From Podarcis muralis (Eukaryota): 64,000 nucleotides of DNA. The stretch lies in NCBI RefSeq assembly GCF_964188315.1, contig NC_135655.1, forward strand, positions 78,926,001 to 78,990,000, written 5' to 3'. The stretch's first letter is position 1. Each line of letters opens with the position of its first letter. Shown one piece after another: positions 39,001 to 51,766 of the stretch. A program made the translations under genes and the position numbers. The notes beneath the pieces were generated by a model, which saw nothing but the letters and a program-made list of their open reading frames with translations, was not told where the DNA came from and did no database searches.

Positions 39001-41338
39001 AGACAGCCCTGCCCACTGAATCATACACTGTTTGCTATTGCAGACAAACAACTAAACCATATTTTGTACCATCTTGTTTTGCTGGGGTAAGGAGGAGGGA
39101 GAGATACAGGAAGAACGGCCTATTACTACCTGAGTTGATTATGACTGTAGTTTTCAAATTTTCTACTTTCAGGGAAACCCACGCTAACTTTGCTGAAGGG
39201 AAACCCCTACAATGTAGAATATTATGATGCATGTCCTAAGATGGGCAGTCCATTCATGCAGCGCTCTAAGGCAGCCTACCGGATCTCATCATTGCCCTCT
39301 GGGAATTAAAACACACACTCTAGGACACACTAATGCATCCCTTCAGCTTTACATTGCAATGGAAGATCAGCAATGGTGGGCAAGCCATTCTTCAGGAAAG
39401 CTTGCCCACCATTCTTGATCTTCTGATTGCAGGATTCCTAATAAGTTTCCAAGGATCTCATGGGTTTCCCACACTACTGTTCAAAAACTCCTAGCAATAT
39501 CTTGGTTTTGGTTTCATATTCTCCCGAGTGGCAAATATTCCTTCTCAACATCAAACAGAGATCATTCATGTGTCGAAGAAACAAAGTTCTACAGCCTTTG
39601 CTGCTGCTTCATATACCGTCTGATTTATATGCAAACATCATTAAGAAAAAGAAAAATGAAATTCACATAATTGTTCCCTCAGTTGTTGAATAAGCCTACT
39701 AGTTGCACTCGATTCACTGGTAGCTGCTTGGCAGTGACAGCTGAGAAGTGGAGCACAAATGTCACTGTTAGGTGTATAGCTTTTATATTATATTTTATAT
39801 AGCCTAATAATTTTTTTTTGGTAAAAACTAAGAAGTTTTTGGTAAGCATGACTTTTGTTTTATCTGCTGTGATTCCTCTTATGGAGTTCCCTCTCATGAA
39901 TTCTTAAAATATCTCAGCATTAAACTATTTCCATACTGAGAGACCACAGTGAAGCATTTCTGGGTGCTCAGAGAATGGCAGTCGCTCTTCCAAACACTGA
40001 TTGAGAAACACCAAAAGGTTGCCTTTCTGTTTACAAAGCTCTTGTTCTCTAAACTTCCAGGTAGAATACTGATTTTCTCTATCCAAAATTGTCTACAAAT
40101 GCATACATACAGTACATACACATATATCCTGAATGGAGTTCTAAAGGTTTAAACCTTTTTCTCTGCTAATGAAGCTGATATTTTATCTACCAGTCTCTGC
40201 TTTATTCATGTTGTCATTGCTACAGCTGGAATCTTTGCCACAGCAAAACAAGGGGAAGGCTCAGCAGTGGAGCACAAGCTCTTAATGCAAAAGTTCCCAG
40301 GTTCATTTCCCAGCATCTCTAATTAAAAAGCATCTCAGGTCAGGACTTGGAAAGACCTCTGGTTGAGGCCTCATTGTGAGCTGAAGTAAACAAATGCTGG
40401 CTTAAAGACCAATGATCTGACACAGTGTAAGACGATTTCGTATGCAAATAAATACATGCAGTTTGCCAACTCATTTATTTTTCCTCTGAGGAAATACCAT
40501 TTGTGCTACATATAAAATGTGCAGCTTTGCTTATTTCCCACCTAGTTTAAAGGTCTACCATAAGGGGAGTCACATAGATATGTAAACCAAAAGTATTCCT
40601 GATGCAACTGCCTGTAAATTAATGACACATTCACAGGAGCTTGATTCCAAGTTCTCAGATATGATTATCATTGAAGTATCTGGTTCTTGTGTCATTTTGA
40701 AACAAATCTAATGGTTAGTGCCTTAGACTGCTTGTTCTCACTATGTTCATTGTTTTCTCTCTCTTCCCCATCAGTTTTCAAATGCCATATCTATGGCAAT
40801 CCCTTCATTAAGAGATTTTTTAATTATCTAAAATTGCACACCGCACAGTAGTTCTATTCCACATACAGCTCCTCCTGGGGCTGCCTGTTTGTTAATACCA
40901 CACATCTGCTTGCCACATAAAGCTCCTCCTTTCCCTTCTGCTCTCCAAAATCCGTCCTTCACTGCTAACATCGATTTTTCCAACACGTCTGACTCTGGCC
41001 AAAGCAGCACAAGCTCCCCATTACAGACAGGAAAAAAGGGAGAGTGCAGTCACAAACAATCAATATACAAAAGACCTACTCTTTGCAAAGGCAAAAAGAT
41101 ACTTGCCCGCAGAGGTTAACAACATTTTGTTGAAGCAATGCAGGCAGATGAAACTGAAGGCAGCTTATGGGGAACGGCATCAAAGCACCAGCACAGATTC
41201 TCCAGCTGATCCTTCCGACTGACATCAGCCAAACAATTTCCAATGAATACTCACCTCCTGGTTGTAGATCTGCAGCACCTTGAGAATAGTATCTTGCTCC
41301 CCACTTTCGACAGTCTCTAGCACAGTCCGGAGCGCCAT
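21073..41338 (-). CDS. RIC8A: Synembryn-A / RIC8 guanine nucleotide exchange factor A, 544 aa
   Basis: Exons (minus): 41338-41255, 35485-35438, 32938-32324, 30907-30813, 30143-29993, 27673-27578, 27233-27089, 26185-26041, 24900-24781, 21208-21073; total 1635 nt, open frame, GT-AG introns. Motifs [74 protein letters not shown]. Position between SIRT3 and BET1L supports RIC8A over RIC8B. Confidence 0.97.
22417..23387. mobile_element. Composite non-autonomous hAT element
   Basis: Perfect 15-bp TIR CAGTGTTTCCCAACC and perfect TSD GATTAGGC; contains a 60-bp tandem array and a Tigger-like right end (...GAGGCACCACTG|TA at 23263). Confidence 0.92.
22481..22702. repeat. 60-bp tandem repeat, about 3.7 copies, hairpin units
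   Basis: TGGGGCGGGAAC recurs at 22481, 22541, 22601, 22661. Confidence 0.95.
27749..29362. mobile_element. Non-autonomous Tc1/mariner (Tc2-like) element
   Basis: TA|CCGTATTTTTCGCAC...GTGCGAAAAATACGG|TA: perfect 15-bp TIR, TA TSD. Confidence 0.88.
28024..29170. repeat. 119/120-bp GC-rich tandem array, about 9.5 copies
   Basis: GCAGCCTG unit anchors at 28036, 28156, 28275, 28394, 28513, 28633, 28752, 28871, 28990, 29109; two unit variants. Confidence 0.97.
29484..29619. mobile_element. Palindromic hAT MITE
   Basis: CAGGCACCCCCAACC...GGTTGGGGATGCCTG; TSD GGGTAGAT/GAGTAGAT. Confidence 0.88.
29628..29793. mobile_element. hAT-type MITE (CATAGGCGTAGCC end)
   Basis: Flanked by GAGTAGAT on both sides (29620-29627, 29794-29801); right TIR degenerate. 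Confidence 0.7.
30475..30651. mobile_element. hAT-type MITE (CAGTGGCGGAG end)
   Basis: Related to 63722; imperfect TSD CCAGTAGC/CAGGTAGC. Confidence 0.6.
33763..34111 (-). mobile_element. Sauria SINE, second subfamily
   Basis: AAGGTAAAGGGACCCCTGACC...CCACAGCGCCACCTGCGTCCC; more diverged than the 3109 type. Confidence 0.88.
35695..35920. mobile_element. Tigger/pogo-like MITE
   Basis: TA|CAGTGGTACCTCAGGTTA...TTAACCCGAGGTACCACTG|TA. Confidence 0.88.
37101..38063. mobile_element. Tc2-like non-autonomous element spanning the assembly gap
   Basis: TA|CCGTATTTTTCGCTCTATAACAC...GTGTTATAGAGGGAAAAATACGG|TA; internal duplication of TGTGATCTGATGGTGAATTTGGGGTGACCCAATGCAAA. Confidence 0.82.
37585..37741. 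other. Assembly gap (157 N)
   Basis: Run of N. Confidence 1.
38713..38970. mobile_element. Tigger/pogo-like MITE, opposite orientation to 35695
   Basis: TA|CAGTGGTATCTCTGGTTA...TAACCTTAGGTACCACTG|TA. Confidence 0.85.
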
Positions 41339-44300
41339 TGCTCCACGGTGTGGAGGTGGCCTGGAGTGCTGTAAAGTGTGGCAAGCGGCTTTGCAGTCTG
41401 GCTGGATAATTACAGATGCGCAGGGCCCTAATCACACAGCTGAGGAGGAGATGAGGAAAGCAAAGTGAGACTGCCCACTTCAATATGCCCAAAGCACAGA
41501 GCAGATGGATGATCCTAGTAAAACCAGCCAGCAGCTCACTCGCTCTCTCACACTAATCCTCTTCCCTCACTGAGCTTTGCAGCTTTTAAAAAATGCCCTC
41601 CCAGCAAAGCACCTACAAAAGCCTCCCCCTCCCCCAGTCTGAGGATTACCTCAGAAGGGATGCTGCAGCTCCCTGAAATAGCCTCCCTCCTCCAACTGTC
41701 CTGGTTTCTGTTACAGCACAGAAAAACCTAGAACCATCCCAGTGATATATTTTAAAAATGTACATAGCACAATGTAGGCAAACATACACACTCCCCCATC
41801 TAGGTTAAGGTGGCAAAATCATTTGTCAGGTTTCCACAGATCTGAGTATCTTTTAAATTGACTCCCGTTAGATCCAAATACATGAACCTGGTTAAATGTA
41901 TCATCTGCATTCAATTACCACAGAGTAACAAACATGGCAACTGTTTAAAGGATGTGTGGCCATGTTTGTTTCCCTCCAGTGGTCTTTCTAATCACAGCAC
42001 ATGATGTCAGCACACAGTGACAGGGTGAGGGAGATCAGCAGGCCGTGCACACAAGCTGGGAGAGGCAACAAGAAGTCCATGCCTGTCCCATCTTGAGAGT
42101 GCTCAGCCTTATAATCAAGTGCATTCCATTTACATTATAGAATCCATCCTGGCCTTCATAACTAAAATGCTAATCATGATGATATATGTCTCTTCCTGCA
42201 AGTTGCAAATTATGTGCAAGCCAGAATTACAGAAGCCTGATAACATTCCCAGAATGCGATGAGTTGTACTATCTAAGAGTCACGTCTCATTTTTAGAGGT
42301 GCCTGACCTTCACACTTTACATGTGTACTGAGGAAAACACTACCCAGCTGCCACAAAGTGTGAAATTGCTGTGAGCTACAGCTTACATGGACATAATTAA
42401 ATACTTGCTATGAATTCTTTGCAAACCAGCAAAGAGTATGGCACAGAACAACATCCAAATAAAGAACTAAGAGATACGATGCTATATATTTATGACCAGA
42501 TACAGGCAGGCATTGTCAATTCTGGCACAGCACCACCATCCTTGGATCCATAAATGCTTCATCTCATAAGAATTCAGCTGTCTTTTATACAAAATTTAAT
42601 CAGCTCTCAGAGCTACAGGCATTGGAACAGTGGGGTATGTATGTGTGGAGACCGAGATGTAAACATAACCAGAGTATTAGAAACAAACTGCATGAAAATA
42701 AACAGCCTTCTGTACACATAGTTAATGCACGTCCCTACCCAGGGCCAATCACGCAACTAGTTCCTCGCAACTGGAGCTGGATCAAGGTCTCTATTGCTAA
42801 ATCCCTGAAATCTTGTGGGGAATGTGGGCTTGTATGTTTTCCTGTATTCTCTTTTAAACACTGTACAAAAAGTTTTATGCCAGTTCTTTAACAATAAAAT
42901 TGTCCCCTGATTTCTCCAAGCACCCTGGTAGATTTGTCTGGGGCCATTTGTCCCAAACTGGGTCCATTTGTCTCAAGTACAAATTGCGATTTGGCATACT
43001 GTTATTCAACTCCTATTAGGAAGGTTTGCAATGGAGTGGAAACACGAGTTTTGTGTTTACAACAAATAATTCAGACCATCTTTTGCCATAAGGTGTAACC
43101 CATTTTCTAAGGGAACTAAAAAGGAAAATATAGAATCATGGCATAAATTAGCTCTTAATTGCAAAACAGTTTTTTGACATCAAGCATTGTCAACAAGTGA
43201 AAGTTTATCAAAGAATGAGGCCAATAGCTCAACTGATTGTATGAGTTAGCTTGTAACAGCTTGCGAAACAGATCACTTCCTTTATCTTATATAGACTTGT
43301 GATAATCTGAAACAAAAGCAAAGCATTTTTAATAAGGTATATACCTTGAAATAGGAAACATCTGGCAGTACTTGCTACAATGATTGTAGTTAGCACTTCC
43401 ACTACAGGTCCACACACATGCAAGGATTTTGTAATTTAGAAACAGCCATATCAGTTTATTTTTCACCCATTTCCAGTGCACACACTGGAAAAAAAGATCA
43501 GCATCAAACAGAATATGCAAACCTTTGTATATGAATGAAAATGTAAAGCTGAAGTCAGACCTGTTTCTATTTAGGCAAGCCATATATACATAGATTATGT
43601 TAATCTTTTAAACTCCATCAAAGCCTACTGCCATCCACATCCCTCTGGAAAACATTCACAAGCTGGGGGAAATGTAAAATATCCCATTAACCTATATCCC
43701 AGCCTGTCATCCAACATGCAAGCTACAGGACAGACTCCAAAATGGTTTAAAATAATATTGTTTATATATCCATTTTTTCCTTTTTTTAAAAAGAGCAAAA
43801 AAATCATTTTCACTATAAATTCATGCCTAGCTAGTCCTACTAACCTGAATTCAGAAATTTAAATACCAAACTAATCAGAGGGTGAGGGGGAAATGTTACC
43901 TTCTTTTTAGTTAAGCTGCCTTTTGTGTGTGCAGTTTTCGATCAGACTTCCTGCTTCATTTCCTGAAAACAGCAACTCTCCCTCCTTCCCCCAACCCTAC
44001 CAAATGCAGTTTTCAAGAGCAGACAGCGGCTTTGTTGTCATTCTGCTGGAAATCCTGCTAGCAGAAAACAGAGGGCGCAGTGGGGAACCACAATGCTGGG
44101 CTGCTCATCCAGAGGCTGTAGAAGAGAAAGAACAGGTCTCTTGGGAATTCCACCCCTTTTAGTAACTGTCTTCAGGCTGATGGGAAATGGTGAATGCAAA
44201 ACATACGGGAAGTGAGAAATCATGGCACAGAGCAGATGATTGGCTACAGTCAACTCCTGGCTTTGCTCCCCAGGCAGCAGTCAGAAATGGCAAACCAGCA

Positions 44301-44708
44301 TCCACAGACTGGATATCCAAAGGGTAAAAAAGAAATCACCTGGATTTTCTCTTGGAGATTTTCTCTTGGAGATAACAGACTTATGGAAACCCTTAACCCA
44401 GCTTGTTATTTCTTCACTAACTAGATAGATAATACTTTAATCTTCTGTAATGATACTTACAGAAGCTTGTATATCCTCTTACTATTATTGTTTTAAGATT
44501 TTGGCGTTTGTCACCCTGGAGTTCTTTGAGATGAAGGCTGGGGTAGAAATTTAATAAATAATGACATAGATCAATGAGGTAGGAATAACTGCTACATCAT
44601 TGTTCTACATAAATATTGATCTAGATTCTAGACAAACACTTAAATGTATCACTCTTCTATGTATAAGCATAAAAAGTCAATTGTACCAATATTTAACTAC
44701 CCTCGCTC

Positions 44709-44872
44709 CAGGGGGGCAACTTGTATAAAATATTGTGGGGGGGCGAGGTAAGCCCTGCACCCCATAATCAATCACATGATGCAGTGCATGCACACCATTT
44801 GAGGGCTGGCCCCCTCAAATATTTTATTGGGGTGGCCAAATACCCCTTGGCCTCTAGGAGTTTGCGCCTATG
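44709..44872. mobile_element. hAT-type MITE
   Basis: CAGGGGGGCAAC...GTTTGCGCCTATG; TSD CCTCGCTC/CCTCTCTC. Confidence 0.7.
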
Positions 44873-45078
44873 CCTCTCTCTATGATTATTACACTAAGGG
44901 AAAAGTAATCCATATTATCTGTTCCTATCTACGGTATGTAAGCACTGTCTTTAAACATATAAACCACACACCCTCAATCGTGTTTCGGTCAGTTAACATG
45001 TCATTTTAGACTACTTTCTTGAATGAGTTCACTAACTTCAGTTCCACAAGGGATTTACCTCTGAGTAACTCCCCTTTG

Positions 45079-45320
45079 TCCCAGCTCCTGCCAACCTAGC
45101 AGTTTGAAAGCACACCAGCATGAGTAGATATGCTCTGGCACTCATCATGGTGTTCTGTGCGCCAGAAGTGGTTTAGTCATGCTTGCCACATGACCTGGGA
45201 AAGCTGTCTGCAGACAAACGCCAGATCCTTCAGCCTGAAAGCAGAGATGAGCATCACACCCCATCGTTGAATTCAACTGGACTTAACTGTCCAAGGGTCC
45301 TTCACCATTATCTTTACCTA
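45079..45320 (+). mobile_element. Old 5'-truncated Sauria SINE fragment
   Basis: TCCCAGCTCCTGCCAACCTAGCAGTTTGAAAGCAC...GCCACATGACC...CTTTACCT. Boundaries approximate. Confidence 0.7.
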
Positions 45321-45850
45321 AACATTTATTTATTTAAAATACGGTAGTTGCAGGCTGCCTTTCTAGTAAAGAAACTGCTAATTTTATCAAATAAATGTCT
45401 TTGAGCAGAGCAAGTAAACATCTTGCTGCTGTGTTATTTTATGAATAATTACTGTAGGTGCACCAACTCTGCATGCGATTACACTGTAAGCCATCACAAC
45501 ACAAAGTTATCTGGCCCCTCAATATGAAAATCATCCTTGCTCCTGGTGTGTTGGTAAGTGCTTTTGGACAAGACTGGACTTGCCCCTTATAAATGTATTT
45601 GGGCTTTCAGCCAGAATCCCATTCCCTTCAAAGGAACTTAAGCAACTTGCATGCAGGATGCCAGCCTTAATTACCAATTATTCTTTTGGAGTTATATACC
45701 AGTTCTTGCCAATGTATTGTATCCAGTACAACAAAATTAGTGTCCGGTATATTTAACATGAAGAAAAACACAAGAAGAAATTATTTGAACTGGAAGAACT
45801 AACATACTCATAAATTGTTTACATACGCAAACAAGTTTCTGTAAGCTATT

Positions 45851-46076
45851 AGGTAAAGGGACCCCTGACCATTAGGTCAAGCCGTGGTCGACTCTGGGGT
45901 TGCGGCGCTCATCTTGCTTTATTGGCCGAGGGAGCCGGGGTACAGCTTCCGGGTCATGTGGCCTGGATGACTAAGCCGCTTCTGGCGAACCAGAGCAGCG
46001 CACGGAAACGCCGTTTACCTTCCCACTGGAGTGGTACCTATTTATCTACTTGCACTTTGACATGCTTTTGAACTGC
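45851..46076 (-). mobile_element. Sauria SINE, 5'-truncated
   Basis: AGGTAAAGGGACCCCTGACCATTAGG... matches the 33763 copy; about 200 bp from the RIC8A/BET1L island. Confidence 0.85.
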
Positions 46077-46259
46077 ACAAAACCTGGAAGGTATGAGCGT
46101 GGTGGCATAAAAATGTCACACTTTAGCATTTGGTTTGCCAAACGCTCCAAGGCTCACTTGGAAGAATAAATAATCTTATAGACTTGCACTGCTCAGGAAA
46201 AAAGGGCGAGGAAGGAGTGCCACCTTTTCCTCTAAACGACTTCTTGCCCTTTTAACACC

Positions 46260-46800
46260 TGTGTGACAGGAATTCAGCCAACGAGCCTTTGTCGCAACCC
46301 ACTAGAAGCCAGAGCGGGCCCCTTACATGGCAATCCTGCCCGAGGCCGCGGACCATCCAAGTCGTTCCCGAATAACAAGGGCGACGAGGCCGCTCTCCTG
46401 AAGGAGGGAAGAGCAGGCGTTGCAGCGGCAGCCGAGGACAAGGCCTCCACTCCCATTGCGCCGCGGCCCCCGCCCCGAGCCTCCGCAAGAGCAGCTTGAG
46501 GCCGCCTCCCTCTCCAGCCGAGGGGAGGGCCGACAGGAGGGGACGCTGCGGCCGAGGGGGGAGTTTCCTCGGCTAGCCGAGCCGCTCCTCCTCCTCCTGC
46601 TCTCTGTGGGCGGAGCGGGACACGAAGGCAGGAAGCGGCCATGGCGGACTGGGGGCGAGGTGAGAGCGCAGAAGAGGCTGGCGAGGGGGCGCCGGAGCGG
46701 GCGGCGGCGCCTTCCCTCAGGAGAACGGGGCTGGGGGCGCCGTTGCTCCGGCTCGTCGTGCTGCCTCAGGACCTCCGTGGCCTGTGCTGGGGGTGGGGGA
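46260..46800. promoter_or_regulatory. CpG-island bidirectional promoter RIC8A/BET1L
   Basis: CpG-rich island containing BET1L exon 1 (CAGGAAGCGGCCATGGCGG, ETS/YY1-like context). The RIC8A coding start is about 5 kb away, implying a non-coding first exon here; a candidate acceptor for the ATG-bearing exon lies at 41514/41515. Confidence 0.75.
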
Positions 46801-48638
46801 CGGGGAACAAAGGAGGCATTCTGATCCTCCCCAGGTCACAGTTGCCACCTTCCCCCCTGCTCGGGGCTCCTGTGTCTTCTGTAGTTGACTGACGGGCAAG
46901 CTTTTTTGCCCATGCTTTGCCAGTGTGGCTTTCTATTGTGGTGGTGGAATGGACTCTTCCCCCCACGCAGGGCATTTGTGTGTGTCTGCAGTGTGGGGTA
47001 ACATCCCACCTAGCAAGTGGGGAGCCTGCTGTGCCCTGTGATGGTGAAAATAGGCTTTGGAGTGAGCTAGGGGATGGTCTGCAAAATAACCACACATTTT
47101 ACCATACTACCTTTTGTTTTAACAGCTGTTATGTTTTAGCTGCCCTAAGTGGCATAATTATTTTATCTTAATTTCAGGACAGAATGCCAATGCTGTGGAT
47201 GATATGTTAGATGTGGAAAACAAGCGTATGACCGAAAACCTAGCCTCCAAAGTCACCCGGCTAAAATCGGTTTGTAGATTATTTACTTTACTTGGGGCTC
47301 ATCCACACTTACCTTTTGCCCTGTGTTTTCCAGGCACAGGGCTGTGCTTTGAAATGTCATCACTGAACATGTTTTCTTTCTCTTGCCCTGGCGCTTTCCC
47401 ATCGAAAACTTGCTCTTTCACGCTGAATCAGAACAAATGGAAATTTGTGGCATTTGGGCAAAAAGGATGTCTGTATGAGCCCTTGCTCTTTGATTGCTGT
47501 CTTGCTCTCCAGAAGACTTTGGTCATTGAGGGTTTTTGTTTTTGTCCCCAACCCCCTTGTATTTAGTAATATACAGAGAATTGCTGAGGAGCAAATAATA
47601 TTCTTGTTTGCACTTTTATTAGTTCTTTCCGAAAGTTGTCTAGGTGTCAATAACTGCTTCATTCTGTGTTTTCAATAGCTTGCACTGGACATTGACAAAG
47701 ATGCTGAGGATCAAAATCACTACTTGGATGGCATGGTAAGCAAGTGTTTGCACTCTTTAAGAATTACTGATGAAGCTCAGCATGAGCAAATAGGACAATT
47801 AGTTTGTACTGGAACATATTTCTGTACAGAGAAGAAGTCACTCACAAGTCTATTGGTGTAAGTAGCTCTGTTCCAGAGAGTTAATGTGTTTTAGCATGCC
47901 ATTCTACTTCTGGAACATGCTCATGCACACGTATCTTTTTTTCCTTTCCAAGAGGGACCAAACTTGTTGGTCTTCTGTTGGTAGTGATTCCCTGAGAAAC
48001 TGGTGTTCAGTGATCTGGTATCTAATGGCAAATATGCTGTGAAACTATTTTATGCAGTAAGGTTCGTGTCAAATATTCTGAATTTCTTATGCAAGAAGTA
48101 CCTGAATGAACAAGTGTGCAAACCTTGTGTGGACCTTGCACAGACTACCACATGTTATAATGATCACATAGAAGTCTTATTTTCTCACTGGGTTATCGCA
48201 AGGATAAATGAGATCAAAATATGCACGCAGTAAAGTCATTTAAAATTGTTATTGACAAGGTCAAATCTTGAATTTCACTAGTGTATTTTGCTGGTGTGGG
48301 ATCTGAGCACATGTGTCTGCATTTGTTTGGGTTTTCTTTTTAAATATTAACAGTATTAAATTGGAATTCAATTAACTGAGTTAAATATGCCATATGTATA
48401 TATAATCATGTTGCTTCTTTCAGTAAGCAATGTCTTCTAAATACCTTATTGTTTCTACTCTTTGCATTAGGATTCTGATTTCATGAGTGTGACAGGCCTT
48501 CTGACGGGGAGTGTGAAGCGTTTCTCCACTATGACCCGGTCGGGAAGAGACAATCGTAAACTTCTTTGCTACGTCTCTGCTGGACTGATTGTAGTCTTCT
48601 TCATCCTCTATTATTTGGTGACAAGAGCACGGACTTGA
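46641..48638 (+). CDS. BET1L: BET1-like Golgi SNARE (GS15), 111 aa
   Basis: Exons 46641-46659, 47178-47269, 47679-47735, 48471-48638 (336 nt). MADWGRGQNANAVDDMLDVENKRMTENLASKVTRLKSLALDIDKDAEDQNHYLDGMDSDFMSVTGLLTGSVKRFSTMTRSGRDNRKLLCYVSAGLIVVFFILYYLVTRART: SNARE coil plus C-terminal transmembrane anchor. Confidence 0.97.
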
Positions 48639-51600
48639 GTAATTGTCAAGATTTTGTATTGGATAGTTGTTGAAGAGGGGGAAAAACTGATGATGAAAAT
48701 GGTTTTGGAAGATCTTCAGATCCTGAAAATATTATTCAAATGTTGACAGTGATCCAGAGGCACCTCTGTGGATTTCAGTATCATCTCTGGATTGTTTTGA
48801 CGCGCTCTCTTAAAAAGAATATAATTTATTCTGTCACTGTTTCTTTGAAAATTTAAATGCAGCACAATTCACATCCTTGTTGAAACCAAGTCTATATAAT
48901 ACCTTATTCTCTCTGCTGTCTGGGTGGGAAAGCATGCTGGTGATTCCACCTCTTATAATTTTGTGGTCAGCAGGAAAATCCTGACACCCATGTCAGAGAT
49001 GTTCAAGTGCCCAATTTAAATGGAAAAATACTACCTGGAGGATAGTGATGCATCTCTTGAGAACTAATTGTGATATGGACAACTTCTTCCTAGAAAAGTA
49101 ACTTTGAATTTATTTCCACTTTTGTTAACACCAGCATTTATAAGTAGTCAAACAATCCTTTTTGCCTATTACTCTCAAGGACTTGCTTAGTAAAACAGAG
49201 AATATTCCTAAACGAAGGAAGAGTGAGAACTTGCACAAATGATTTTATCTCATTTTTTTCCTTCTTGTTCTAGTCTGTCCCCTGACCAAATTATTTATAT
49301 TTGTTTCTTGTTATACAAACCTTACCTTATAGCAAGTTAAAGTACATTCGCTTTAAAAAGTTTGTCCAAATCATCCTTTCTGTTAAAGAATTTTATTGAT
49401 TCATTGATTCTTGGTTAAGTCTTCTTTAGCTGGCTGCTGAATAATTATCCACTTCTCTCTGGAATCAAGTAGCATTTTGCAATACTCCTCAGTTTTAATT
49501 TTTGTTACTAGGTTCTGGCACCTGGAGTGCCAGAAAGGTATTAACAGCAAAACTGGAGTTAAGTTTGTGTGTGTGATATATATTGTGTCCTATGCATGTA
49601 TACTCAAAACTTGGGTAAAGGCACATAGGATTGCAGCCTAGGTTTTTCATCTCTCAACTGGTGGTCTGATGTTCCAATTTCCCAGTTATAACTTTCCATA
49701 ATTTACTATGTCACAATTGAAATAATATAAAGAAGATAGATTCTGGTACAGTTCTGCTGTGTATTATGGTCTAGTTGATACATTGCTGATCTTTGTCATT
49801 CAAAGCCTGGCTTGATTTGGGTGACTCTTGCTTTTTTGTTTCTCATTTATTCTATAACATATCACCATAGCAATAGTACCTTCACACTGGTTTTTAAGTT
49901 AAAAATAAAATTTAAACAGATTTTAAACACTTGCCAGTATTTTCCCCCCCTGTATCCCTGTCCCTAGTATAAATTCTGATATATACAGGTCCTGACCTAG
50001 TATTAGGCAAAGTGAGGCAGTTAGCTCAGCAAGTGCTAGGGAGAAAGCAGCAACAATCCCACAAGCTGTTCCTGAGCCTCCAGCCCTCACCTGTTAAAGC
50101 ACAGCTGTGCCACAGGATGTTACACACACCCCACCTGCCAAAAATTACCCCAGCCTGCTGCCCTTAGGTGCAGTAGAGGACATTATCCTGTTGCTAGTAG
50201 TGAAGTAAGATTCAGCTGCATGGAATGGAAGGAGCATCATCTTGTCTTTGCCTCAGGCAGCAAAACATGCCAGTCCTGGATATATACTAGGTAGTTTCTA
50301 AAGTCTTTCTTAGTAACCTTCGGCTGTTTTTATGAAAAGCAAATATTTGCTCCTGCATGTAAGACAATAGAGGCTGCTGCCCAAGGTTATAGTTGCTTCT
50401 TTAGATAGTTGCTTCTTTAGAACAAGTGAGCTAACTAGATCGGTATCATGTTTTTGAGGGCAAGTCAAAAAATCTTCCAGGAGCCTGTCTTCTAAAACCT
50501 CTGAATGAGGGACAAGGCGGCAAGCCCCAGTTTGTGAACCCCTAAATGCATACTCCAGAGAGACACGCAGTGAATCGTAGCTCTTAGACTAGTGTACCCG
50601 TCCTGATACATGTGGTTGCAGTAATGTTTGTCATATTCACCTCATATCTCTAGGTGTACTGTACACCTAAAAATGCAATGGGCAAAAGGAACCTGAGGTC
50701 ACTGAAAAGCTAAGCAACCTTCAACTCAGGGATGCTGTCAAAAGATGTCGAATTCTTTAAAGTCACTATGATTTATTTATCATTTTTTAATGCCAGAAAA
50801 TTAAAAGCACACTTCTCAGTTGGCTTCCAAGCCAGACAAACTTCGTAGCATGCCATTCCTGTTCTAGCCTTAAAAGTTGTTGGCAGGGGCCAAAAGATCA
50901 GGGCAAAAATACTGCTCAAAAGCTTCCTCCCAAAGCCGATAGCCTTGCTGTCTCAAAGCAGGGCTAACTGTTTCAGTGTCAAGGGAAAGGGTTAAATACC
51001 CCTCTCCTTTTAAAGCCCTAAAAAGATATTGGGAGAGCTGATCGCAGATATTCCACATCATGTGGTAGGAGACTTTTGAAAGATAAATCTAAATAAAGAA
51101 GTTTATGCTTTTATTTTGAAAGGTATCTCAACTGACATTCTGTTGCTATAGCATGGTGAGAAAGAAAGTGAGTTTATTTGCTTTTTGCAGCAAAAACAAT
51201 CTTGTAGCACCTTTAAAGACTTAACAGATTTTATGGACTGTATACCATTAAAGTTTTTGCCGTAATAAAGTTACTGTCTAAATTGTGGTCAAGTGGACAG
51301 AGTAGGGCTTGGAACAAATTTCATCTGTGCTATGAGCTTATTGTGTAGCCTGGGGGGGAAAACAGGTGCAGCCTCATATACTCATCTGTGAAATGACTTT
51401 CCTCACAGAGTTGCTCTGAGGATGAACACAATAAATATAATGCACAAAGGATGATAAGGAGGGGGAACTGGCGAGATCCTGGTTCCCCCTCAACACCTTT
51501 GTGCAGGAGGGGATGCAACCATTCACAGCATCAATTATTTCAGCTGCTGTACCAGTATTAATGGGTGAGAATCCTGACTGAGCTGCAAGGCAGTATTGTT

Positions 51601-51731
51601 ATCACTATTACTGCTAGTTCTCTATGAAAAAGCTTAACATTCTACTTTTCAAGTTCAGAATATTCCTACAGTTTTCGAGTAGTGAACCCTCTACAAAAGA
51701 ACTGATGTTTTATTTTATAGCTAGGACATGA

Positions 51732-51766
51732 AATAAACATTTTATTCCTGATTTATTTATTTATTT
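51732..51766. terminator. Back-to-back poly(A) signals between BET1L (+) and ODF3 (-)
   Basis: AATAAA (+) at 51732-51737 and TTTATT (AATAAA on -) at 51741-51746, followed by more TTTATT copies. Confidence 0.5.
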
